Of a DNA stretch of 16,983 nucleotides, positions 5,836 through 13,361 are shown one piece after another. Source of the DNA: a virus; IMG/VR virus record IMGVR_UViG_3300045988_117943, positions 1 to 16,983 of that record. The stretch is one strand, 5' to 3'. Numbering within the stretch: the first letter of the stretch is position 1; the number at the start of each line of letters is the position of its first letter. A model generated the notes under the pieces. It was not told where the DNA came from, ran no database searches, and was given only the letters and a program-made list of their open reading frames with translations. The position numbers and the translations under genes are program-made.

Positions 5836-7185
5836 ATGGCAAAAACAACAAAGGCGCAAGTATTGAGCGCCATTCAAGAATCAACAGGGGAAGACGTAAC
5901 CCCTACAAGCGTGGATGTTGCTCATGCAATGTACACAAGTGCTAGTCCTAACTTACGTAGTACTGTTGGAGATCCTTATGAAGTCAATTCCCTAGACTTT
6001 ATGGACGGGTTGTTACAGTACCCCGACACGTTAGCGACCGAATGGATTACGTTAGCAACAAGAATCGGACGTTCGATTGCACACAAGAATATTATTACCA
6101 ACAAGTTGGCACCATTTAAAACGGAAGATATGCCATTAGGCTACACTATGGAAGAATATTTTGTGGATGTTGCAAAAGAATATGAGTATAACCAAGAACA
6201 GGCTGAAACAAACCAGTTTAAACGTGAATTGCCGGACATTAAAAATGTTTTCTATATTGTCAACCGTAAATCCTATTATAAACAGACTATCACAGATGAT
6301 GACTTACGTTCTTATTTTGTAACATGGGATGGTGTGACATCTTTGATTGCACGTATTGTGGACGCTTTGTACAATGGTGACAATAAAGATGACTACAATT
6401 ACATGAAATCAGCTTTAGCTACGCATTACGAAAACGGGCATATGAAAATTGTGAAGCTGACGAGTCCTGTACAGGACGCCGACAGTGCAAAAGCGTTGGC
6501 ACAGAAGTTGACCGAATACGCAAGCTATTTGACAGAGCCAACATCTGAATATAATGCTATGGGTGTAACGAAACAGAATGAAATGGACGACCTGTATATT
6601 ATTTTAACCGGAAAATCCAATTCTTATCTTAACATTGAATGGTTAGCACAGACTTTCCAATTAGATGTCGCTAGTTTTAAAACCCATGTGTTAGTGATTC
6701 CGACATTGCCTAGCACAGAAAATGGAACAATCGAGGCTTTATTGGTAGATAGTGAAATCTATAGAGTATTTGATCAAAAGTATAACGTTACTACAAAATA
6801 CAATGCTGAGGGATTGTACTGGAACTATTGGTTGCACCATTGGGAATCTATCGCAACATCTCGATTTGCCAATGCGATTGCGTTTGTAAGTGGAATGGCA
6901 GAAGAAAAGGTTACTGCTATTGAAGTAAAACCACAGTCGGTCGTATTAAAAGCCAATCAGTCAACCAAAGTTGCTATTGACGTGACAAAGACAAGTGTTG
7001 ACGCAACCGAAAACATTACTGCTACGTCAAGTGCAAATAGTGAAGTTACCGCAACACTGAGTGATGACAAACGTAGTATGACAGTTAGTGCCACAGGAAG
7101 TGCCACACCCGGTCTTAAGACAATCACTGTCAAAGATTCTACTTCAAAAGTACAGGCTATCTTACAGGTAGTTATCACGGCATAA
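5836..7185 (+). CDS. Major capsid protein with a C-terminal bacterial Ig-like (Big_2-type) domain, phi29 gp8-like (449 aa)
   Basis: Size and position match phi29 gp8 (448 aa). The C-terminal ~90 aa (VTAIEVKPQSVVLKANQSTKV...TITVKDSTSKVQAILQVVI, nt ~6907-7182) has a Big_2-like strand pattern. Strong SD AAGGAGTGA. A terminator follows. Confidence 0.85.
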   Translation: MAKTTKAQVLSAIQESTGEDVTPTSVDVAHAMYTSASPNLRSTVGDPYEVNSLDFMDGLLQYPDTLATEWITLATRIGRSIAHKNIITNKLAPFKTEDMPLGYTMEEYFVDVAKEYEYNQEQAETNQFKRELPDIKNVFYIVNRKSYYKQTITDDDLRSYFVTWDGVTSLIARIVDALYNGDNKDDYNYMKSALATHYENGHMKIVKLTSPVQDADSAKALAQKLTEYASYLTEPTSEYNAMGVTKQNEMDDLYIILTGKSNSYLNIEWLAQTFQLDVASFKTHVLVIPTLPSTENGTIEALLVDSEIYRVFDQKYNVTTKYNAEGLYWNYWLHHWESIATSRFANAIAFVSGMAEEKVTAIEVKPQSVVLKANQSTKVAIDVTKTSVDATENITATSSANSEVTATLSDDKRSMTVSATGSATPGLKTITVKDSTSKVQAILQVVITA

Positions 7186-7190
7186 AAATA

Positions 7191-7219
7191 AAAAGGGGTG
7201 TAAACCCCTTTTATTTTTT
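7191..7219 (+). terminator. Rho-independent terminator after the capsid gene
   Basis: AAAAGGGG (7191-7198), a 6-nt loop, CCCCTTTT (7205-7212), then ATTTTTT. Confidence 0.85.
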
Positions 7220-7260
7220 GCTATAATGGAAATGTAAATAATATAGCGTTTTGCTATATT
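7219..7260 (+). promoter_or_regulatory. Two tandem extended -10 promoter boxes plus an 8-bp hairpin/operator-like inverted repeat
   Basis: TGCTATAAT at 7219-7227 and TGCTATATT at 7252-7260. AATATAGC (7240-7247) and GCTATATT (7253-7260) form a perfect inverted repeat with a 5-nt loop that overlaps the second box. Confidence 0.4.
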
Positions 7261-7286
7261 TTGGCTAAGAAAGGAGATTATGGAAC

Positions 7287-7547
7287 ATGGATGAAGTCAA
7301 TGCAATTGTACAGGTTATTAGTACTGTAGGTTTTCCAATCTGTATGTGTTTAGTCATGGGGTATTATATCAAATACTTGAATGACCAGCACAAAAGCGAG
7401 ATCGAAGAGTTAAACAGTTCACACAAAACGGAGACACAGGAGCTCACAAAAACAATTGAGAATAACACAGTTGTTATGGAAAAGTTAAGCACAAAGATTG
7501 ATACGATTTTGGATTTGAAACATGAAGAGGGTGGAACAAATGAGTAA
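7287..7547 (+). CDS. Single-pass membrane protein, BhlA/UviB- or YvrJ-like (holin-like candidate, 86 aa)
   Basis: SD AAAGGAG with 9-nt spacing. An N-terminal TM segment (IVQVISTVGFPICMCLVMGYYI, with the GFP motif recalled from the YvrJ family) is followed by a charged coiled-coil tail, as in BhlA-type holin-like proteins. Confidence 0.6.
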   Translation: MDEVNAIVQVISTVGFPICMCLVMGYYIKYLNDQHKSEIEELNSSHKTETQELTKTIENNTVVMEKLSTKIDTILDLKHEEGGTNE

Positions 7548-8178
7548 ATTACCCGAATTTAAACCGTTACCGGATGTTGGAAATTTAAGTTCCAATTATA
7601 TGTCCGCCTTTAATCACGGTATGAATATCTATGAGGCTTTAGTGTATTTACAGTGTTATGTGCAAATTACATACAATAGTATGGATGATTTGTTAGACGA
7701 TTGGAATAATTTTGAACAATACGTTACGGAAAATATCTCACAGATTGCAAACGAAAAGACACAGGAAATTCTAAACCAATGGAAATCAGACGGTACTTTA
7801 AATGAGATTATTGCACAGAATCCAATGTGGAATCAAAAAGTAAATAAGACCGGAGATGTGATGAGTGGAGATTTACAGTTCCAAGAGAGTACAGGTGTTT
7901 ACGGAACGAGCGCAAGTGGTCAAAAAGTCAATTTAGCAAAGACTAGACACGTAGGGTCTAGCAATTATGTTGATATTGGACATGATGATAGCCAAGCGGT
8001 TATTTATTCCAACGAAAAACCCGTTTGGTCAAAAAATGGTTCTAACAAAGATTTGATTACAGAAGAAGATATCTCAAATATTGTAACGCAATTAAACACT
8101 TTAATTGAATATTTACAAAGAGCCATTTTTATTCCAAAAACAATGGCAGATGAACTCGAGGCTTTAAAAAAAAAATAG
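7540..8178 (+). CDS. Fibre-like structural protein (head or tail fibre, 212 aa from ATG 7540)
   Basis: The ORF opens at 7522, but ATG 7540 follows SD GAGGGTGG. The motif KVNKTGDVMSGDLQF is typical of phage fibre proteins. The C-terminus looks coiled-coil. The position after the capsid gene resembles the phi29 gp8.5 slot. Confidence 0.6.
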   Translation: MSKLPEFKPLPDVGNLSSNYMSAFNHGMNIYEALVYLQCYVQITYNSMDDLLDDWNNFEQYVTENISQIANEKTQEILNQWKSDGTLNEIIAQNPMWNQKVNKTGDVMSGDLQFQESTGVYGTSASGQKVNLAKTRHVGSSNYVDIGHDDSQAVIYSNEKPVWSKNGSNKDLITEEDISNIVTQLNTLIEYLQRAIFIPKTMADELEALKKK

Positions 8179-8213
8179 CCAAGCTCGTGTATTATAAGTA
8201 AGGAGTGATAAAT

Positions 8214-8525
8214 ATGATACAGGCTACAAATTATGAGGGTAACCAAGATTATAATGTTTTGACGGATGAGGATGTTGTCGATAATTTGGCATCATCTAGC
8301 ACAACCGCACCATTGAGCGCCAACCAAGGGAAAGCGTTGAAAGCATTGATTGATGGTGTCGAAGTGGGAACAGACCCGAGTGTTACGCAAGGCATCGAAC
8401 AGTTACGAACACAAATGCAGACCGCGAACTCAAATATTTCAAGTTTACAGTCAAGTGACAGTGAACAGGATTCCGAAATTGCAACAATCAAAGCGAAACT
8501 ACAAAAAGGAATTTTCTTTAAATAG
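8214..8525 (+). CDS. Small fibre-like protein A (103 aa) with a shared N-terminal module and a coiled-coil C-terminus
   Basis: ATG 8214 follows SD AAGGAGTGA; the track start at 8205 is a GTG inside that SD. The N-terminal 48 aa are paralogous to the next gene and include LSANQGKxLKALIDG. Confidence 0.7.
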   Translation: MIQATNYEGNQDYNVLTDEDVVDNLASSSTTAPLSANQGKALKALIDGVEVGTDPSVTQGIEQLRTQMQTANSNISSLQSSDSEQDSEIATIKAKLQKGIFFK

Positions 8526-8537
8526 GGGGTGAGTTAA

Positions 8538-9032
8538 ATGTTAAACATGGAAAACTACCAAGGTACTACAAACTATAATTTATTAGAAGATAGTGACATT
8601 GTAAATAACTTGACAACCACGGCAACCAATAAAGCGTTGAGTGCCAACCAAGGAAAACAGTTAAAAGCATTGATTGACGGTTTACTGCCCGATTTAGAAA
8701 CAGATACAGAAATACCTCTTAACTTTAATTTGTGGGACGGGAAAAAGGCCTATTTAAAAATTGTTCACACAGGTACTCTAACTGCCGATTCATCGCCGAC
8801 TATTGCGCACAATGTTAGTGGTATTGCTAATTATGTGCAAGTACCTGGATTGAGCTATGCGAAATCAAATTCCAGCGGTATTGTTGTTTCTTTACCAAGA
8901 CCCGCAAGGTATGGAGCAGAATCGGGGCAAGCAGTAATGTTGTATATTTCGCGTAATGATATTAGTTTTGTAGTTGGGTCGGATTCAAATTTTGATGATT
9001 CTTGGGTGACTATTTTATATAGTAAAAATTAG
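8538..9032 (+). CDS. Small fibre/receptor-binding-like protein B (164 aa) with a shared N-terminal module and a distinct C-terminal domain
   Basis: SD AGGGGGTGA. Residues 6-48 align without gaps to residues 6-48 of protein A, about 55% identical by hand count. The C-terminus looks globular and beta-rich. Confidence 0.75.
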   Translation: MLNMENYQGTTNYNLLEDSDIVNNLTTTATNKALSANQGKQLKALIDGLLPDLETDTEIPLNFNLWDGKKAYLKIVHTGTLTADSSPTIAHNVSGIANYVQVPGLSYAKSNSSGIVVSLPRPARYGAESGQAVMLYISRNDISFVVGSDSNFDDSWVTILYSKN

Positions 9033-9043
9033 CGGTGATAATT

Positions 9044-9568
9044 ATGAAAATTTATGTTGATAAAGAAACAAAACAAATCAAAGCCTTTGAGCGATATGGC
9101 TACTTAGTCTTTGAGGGCGAAACTTTTAATGATGAAAATTGTGATGTTTTTGATATCCAAGAAAACAATAAGGACTATTTGATATGGTATAAATATGTTG
9201 ACGGAGAGTTGATTGAAAATAAGCCGGAAATTCCTGTTAGTAATTTAGAGACAGAAATTAAAAACACAATCAATGCCATGGTTTTAAATGTAATTCCGGA
9301 CGGGGAAACTTTAACACCCGAAAATGTACCGAGTTTGGTTGACATCATAAATCCAGCCACAACGGAAGAAAGTGGAACACAGGCAAACCCTATTGTTATT
9401 GTGGATAATGATATTGCACATAACGGGTATTTATACACCTACGGTAAATATTACAAATGGAATGGTGTATTGTATCAGTGTAAACGTACAGGAGAAGCAG
9501 ACGGTGGAACAATTAAGTTATTCTACACACCGGACCAGCTGATTGGACATTATTTTGTAACAGTGTAA
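9044..9568 (+). CDS. Hypothetical structural or tail-associated protein (174 aa from ATG 9044)
   Basis: The ORF opens at GTG 9035, and ATG 9044 follows GGTGA. The C-terminal pattern YTYGKYYKWNGVLYQCKRTG...YTPDQLIGHYF is reminiscent of CBM5/12-type carbohydrate-binding motifs (weak recognition only). Confidence 0.65.
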   Translation: MKIYVDKETKQIKAFERYGYLVFEGETFNDENCDVFDIQENNKDYLIWYKYVDGELIENKPEIPVSNLETEIKNTINAMVLNVIPDGETLTPENVPSLVDIINPATTEESGTQANPIVIVDNDIAHNGYLYTYGKYYKWNGVLYQCKRTGEADGGTIKLFYTPDQLIGHYFVTV

Positions 9569-9572
9569 GAAT

Positions 9573-9755
9573 ATGAAAAAATGTGATATGTCATGGTTGT
9601 ACAAAATCAAAAAGCCAAGCGAAATTCCAAACAGTTTACAAGGGTTAAATACCGAACAGTTAGAAGAATCGTATATGTATTTTATAAAACTATGCGAAAA
9701 ATGCGGGCTAAAAAAGAGAGCAAACCTATTGAGGGAAAAGTTAAAGCGATTATAG
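9573..9755 (+). CDS. Hypothetical small protein (60 aa), alternative to the 5' extension of the lysin ORF
   Basis: It starts 5 nt after the upstream stop and has no SD. The sequence is plausibly helical (SEIPNSLQGLNTEQLEESYMYFIKLCEKCGLKKRANLLREKLKRL). It overlaps nt 9593-9755 of the long lysin ORF in another frame, so the two readings cannot both be genuine across that stretch. Confidence 0.35.
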   Translation: MKKCDMSWLYKIKKPSEIPNSLQGLNTEQLEESYMYFIKLCEKCGLKKRANLLREKLKRL

Positions 9756-9853
9756 CTTTTCTTTTCTCTTTTTCTTTAGTATTAAATAGTTCTTTTTATT
9801 ATGAATTGAATAATATCTATCTTCATAATTTAGTGAGAGGAGATGATTGTGGA

Positions 9854-11086
9854 GTGAAAGCCGGACAAACTTTAGTTGCAAGTGACGGTCATGAAGTATG
9901 CCTTTTTCCTATGGATATGTTGTATGTTACACAGGTAAGTGGACCTAGTAGTTTAAGTCACTGTTGTGGACATCCTATTGATATTGTAGGTAATACCGCA
10001 CAATATCCATTGTATGCACCTTTCAGTTGCCATTTGGTATGGAGTTGGGCAGACGGGAACGAACGAAGTTATACAAGTGACAATCCTGTATGGTATGCAA
10101 CCCCTAACGGGAACGGGTGGACATTGGGTTATGTGACGGTATGTTTTACCCACCAAAACAACCCGCCAACCAAGACGAGTTTTAAACAAGGTGAAGTTAT
10201 AGCGCATACGGGAACAAGTGGAAATATTACCGGTGACCATTGTCACTTAGACCAAAGTACACTACCTAATGTCGGTAATGTTAGTTTTGGGGTGACTTGT
10301 GCTTATGGTAATTTATGTTATGCCCTACAGGGGTCAACCGACCCAACAAAGATTTATTTTATAAACGATACAAATATTGTGCAGTCTTTGGGTTTAAATT
10401 TTGCAACGTATGAGGGCGGTAGCCAACCGGAACCGGAACCGGAACCAACAGAAAACAAATATATTCCTTTATTTATGGACGGCATGGGAATTGACATTTT
10501 CTTGATGAAAAAACCGAGTGAAGAACCGGAACCACCGGAACCGGAACCACCAACAGGCGAATGGATCATACCTGGAACGATAAACAGTACTAGACCACTG
10601 AATGAAGAGGAAGCCTTAAATAACTGTAAAGTATTTTGGTCATACTTTAAAGCAAAAGGGTGGAGCCTCAATGCCGTTTGTGGAATATTAGGGAACGCAT
10701 GGTATGAATCAACCGTGAATCCTAACCGGTGGCAAGGTGACGACCCATGGCACCAGCCACCCGACAGGTGGGGATTTGGACTTGTGCAGTGGACACCATA
10801 TACAAAGATTATCAGTTGGTTAGAGGAACAGGTAGGACTGAATGATGTATCAAAATTTGGTCAAGCGGAATGCGATAGAATTCAGTGGGAAATGGAAAAC
10901 AACCAACAGTGGATTGCAACCGCAACCTATCCTGAAAGTTTTAGAGAATATTCAGTGACAACCAAAGACCCTTACACTTGCGCCATTGAATTTTTAGCAA
11001 ACTATGAAAGACCCTTTGACCCGAACCAGCCGGAACGAGGAACAAAAGCACAGGAATTATATGACTATTTATTGCAGTTTGAATGA
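9854..11086 (+). CDS. Tail-associated peptidoglycan hydrolase, phi29 gp13 analogue: N-terminal M23/LytM-type peptidase plus C-terminal phage-tail-lysozyme-like domain
   Basis: M23-like motifs are GHPIDIVG and KQGEVIAHTGTSGNITGDHCHLD (HxH). The C-terminal domain has GWSLNAVCGILGNAWYES...GFGLVQWT, as in the gp13 N-terminal lysozyme-type domain. The ORF is open from ATG 9593 (497 aa). I favour GTG 9854, which lies 11 nt after a strong SD (GAGAGGAG) and downstream of a pyrimidine-rich tract that looks non-coding. The start remains uncertain. Confidence 0.8.
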   Translation: MKAGQTLVASDGHEVCLFPMDMLYVTQVSGPSSLSHCCGHPIDIVGNTAQYPLYAPFSCHLVWSWADGNERSYTSDNPVWYATPNGNGWTLGYVTVCFTHQNNPPTKTSFKQGEVIAHTGTSGNITGDHCHLDQSTLPNVGNVSFGVTCAYGNLCYALQGSTDPTKIYFINDTNIVQSLGLNFATYEGGSQPEPEPEPTENKYIPLFMDGMGIDIFLMKKPSEEPEPPEPEPPTGEWIIPGTINSTRPLNEEEALNNCKVFWSYFKAKGWSLNAVCGILGNAWYESTVNPNRWQGDDPWHQPPDRWGFGLVQWTPYTKIISWLEEQVGLNDVSKFGQAECDRIQWEMENNQQWIATATYPESFREYSVTTKDPYTCAIEFLANYERPFDPNQPERGTKAQELYDYLLQFE

Positions 11087-11116
11087 TATAGTGACTATAT
11101 CATTCTTTTTATTTTT
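11083..11116 (+). terminator. Probable rho-independent terminator after the lysin gene
   Basis: ATGATATA (11083-11090), loop GTGAC, TATATCAT (11096-11103), then TCTTTTTATTTTT. The stem is AT-rich and therefore weak. Confidence 0.5.
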
Positions 11117-11145
11117 GTGTTAAACTAAGGTTAAGAGGTGATAAC

Positions 11146-13356
11146 ATGACCATTGGAGTGTATAATAATCAATTTACACCGGAAACACAAATTTATATTT
11201 TAAAAGGTGTTGAATGTGATGCGATGAATAATACCTATTGGGGTGTGTATGAAGATAAAGAAAGTCAATTGCAGTTCTTTTTGAATAACTTTGAGTATAA
11301 AGTTTTTAATGATTTTACATATCAGAGAGTCAATGGGGTAGTCAATATTGAGGGTGACTTTGACGAAATCAGAAAATATAACTATATGATTTATAAAAAC
11401 CGAAAAGCGGGAGCGGGAAGTAAATGGATTTACTGTTTTATAACACAAGTAGGCTATGTGAGTGATTCTGTTTGTTCAATTTCCTTTGAAACCGACGTCA
11501 TGCAGACATGGCGCTTTGAAATAGAACAATCTTTTTTGCCAAGTTATATAGCATATGAACACCGTGACAGGTGGTACAATTCAAACGGAGATTTATTGCC
11601 TTGTGTGAATACACAACCCGAAAATATTGAGTTAGGAACGGAGATGATTTGTGGAAATGTTGTCGATATTTTTCCAATAGCAAATCAAATCAATTTCATC
11701 GTCATAACGATGGCAAGTGGCTTCAATGATTCCGAATGGGCAAATTTTGAACAAGGTGTTCCGACTGTATTACGAACCTATATTTTCCCGTTTACAGGAT
11801 CAAAAGGTGTTCTAACCGATATACAAATACAAAGTACGGCGGGCGGAAATCCAGCAAATATAACAAATTTCAATACCATTTATACCGCAATACGAAATGA
11901 TACAAATCTAGTAAATAAATGTGTTAGTATTAAAGTTTGTAATTCTTTAGTGGGTATCAAATACGTGAACAATCAAGTTTTGTTCACGGATTCTATGTAC
12001 CATTATGCAGAAGAAAGTAACTATAAGTTCCTAATTCCTAGCACATCCTCTTTTTTATCGACAGTTTCGGATGATTGCGAATATTCAAACGATATTGATT
12101 TATTAAGATATTTTAATATAAAAAGAAACAATGTTGTTTATGAAAAAGAATCAAAATTATTTTGTTATCCGTTTGCCTTTACTGTCATGACAAATTTTAA
12201 TGGAACATATAAAACGTATAAAAATGAAATATGGGAAGACCCGCAAGACGTGAGTTTCGTTGCCATCGGAACGGTTGGAAGTTCAAAAAGTAATTATATT
12301 CCTTTAAATTATAAAGTAAATAATACCGGAGTTGGAAATATCCTAGACGGTATGAGTGATTCTTTTGAAGATGGGTATGAAATGAGTTTGCCTATTGTTT
12401 CCGATTATACCGCCGTTTTATTGCAAAGCTCACAAAATTCAATGAATGTTGGTGTATCAAACACAATCAGAAACACGGAAACAGCAAACACGATTGCAAG
12501 TATGACAGGAAGTGCGATGACACAACAGGGCGCTATTCAAAATAATTTACGCTTACAACAAACCGGATATAACACAGAAATGAATAAAAGCCTAAATGAA
12601 ATAGCAAATGAGCAGTTAGCAAATTCTTACTTGATAAATGGTGTTGGTGGTTCTATGGGTGGAATGTTATCAAACCCGCTAACATATACAGGTATTGGTG
12701 CTTTATTTACAGGTGGACAAGCTATTGTAAATGAAATGCAAAGCGGAGCAAATACTTACAATCAAATGCAAGCCAACAATGCAAGGCTAAGCGCTCAAAC
12801 CACGAACGCATGGCAAAATGTGGGCGCTACAAACCAAGCCAACAACGCAAGTATTGCAGTAATGAATAAATTAAGAAATGCGACTACAAGATACCAAGGA
12901 CAAACTAACATACAAAATGCTATCGATTCCTACAGAGCAAGAATCAACGATGCTAAAGCAACCGCTGATACATTGGTTAGTGGGTCAAATGATGTTTATA
13001 GAATGTTATCCTTAAATTTACTAACACCAAAACTCATGTTTTTCGTGCCAACCGAAGAATACAAAAATAGGGCGAAATTATCCTTTACAATTCGAGGTTA
13101 TGCAACCAACCTAGTGGAATTACCGAATTTACACACAAGAAAAAGCTGGAACTATATTCAAACCGTAAAATGTAACATTGTAAGTCATGACATTGATGTA
13201 GTCGATTTGGAAAGAATCAAACAATGTTTTGATAACGGTATTACGCTTTGGCACACGAAAGATATAGCAAACTATACGCTAAACAATGATGAATTAACAG
13301 ACCCGACACAGGTTGACAAGTATGGCTCGATTTTGAGTCACAAGAAAGGAGATTAA
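11146..13356 (+). CDS. Tail knob / distal tube protein, phi29 gp9-like (736 aa)
   Basis: The N-terminal region NYMIYKN...KWIYCFITQVGYVSDSVCSISFETDVMQTWRFEI matches my recollection of phi29 gp9 (SYIMFQNADYGNKWFYAFVTELEF...VHFEIDVLQTWMFDI). SD AAGAGGTGA. Confidence 0.88.
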   Translation: MTIGVYNNQFTPETQIYILKGVECDAMNNTYWGVYEDKESQLQFFLNNFEYKVFNDFTYQRVNGVVNIEGDFDEIRKYNYMIYKNRKAGAGSKWIYCFITQVGYVSDSVCSISFETDVMQTWRFEIEQSFLPSYIAYEHRDRWYNSNGDLLPCVNTQPENIELGTEMICGNVVDIFPIANQINFIVITMASGFNDSEWANFEQGVPTVLRTYIFPFTGSKGVLTDIQIQSTAGGNPANITNFNTIYTAIRNDTNLVNKCVSIKVCNSLVGIKYVNNQVLFTDSMYHYAEESNYKFLIPSTSSFLSTVSDDCEYSNDIDLLRYFNIKRNNVVYEKESKLFCYPFAFTVMTNFNGTYKTYKNEIWEDPQDVSFVAIGTVGSSKSNYIPLNYKVNNTGVGNILDGMSDSFEDGYEMSLPIVSDYTAVLLQSSQNSMNVGVSNTIRNTETANTIASMTGSAMTQQGAIQNNLRLQQTGYNTEMNKSLNEIANEQLANSYLINGVGGSMGGMLSNPLTYTGIGALFTGGQAIVNEMQSGANTYNQMQANNARLSAQTTNAWQNVGATNQANNASIAVMNKLRNATTRYQGQTNIQNAIDSYRARINDAKATADTLVSGSNDVYRMLSLNLLTPKLMFFVPTEEYKNRAKLSFTIRGYATNLVELPNLHTRKSWNYIQTVKCNIVSHDIDVVDLERIKQCFDNGITLWHTKDIANYTLNNDELTDPTQVDKYGSILSHKKGD

Positions 13357-13361
13357 TTATA

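Noticed and set aside
8166-8175. A10 homopolymer at the 3' end of the 212-aa fibre gene, considered as a slippage or frameshift site that would fuse it to the downstream gene
   Set aside because: Reading both shifted frames by hand gives a stop within about 8 codons (TAA at ~8197-8199 or ~8200-8202). No fusion product is possible, and at most the C-terminal tail length would change slightly.
8350-8532. 60-aa + strand ORF in an alternative frame inside fibre-like gene A
   Set aside because: It is fully embedded in the 8214-8525 gene, whose frame is supported by paralogy with the next gene. It has no SD, and its basic, odd composition is typical of an off-frame read.
10354-10671. Minus-strand 105-aa ORF with a Gly-Ser-rich stretch (GGSGSGGSGSS, GSGSGSG)
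   Set aside because: It is the antisense reading of the CCGGAA hexamer repeats that encode the Pro-Glu linkers of the tail lysin, so it is an artefact of the repeat.
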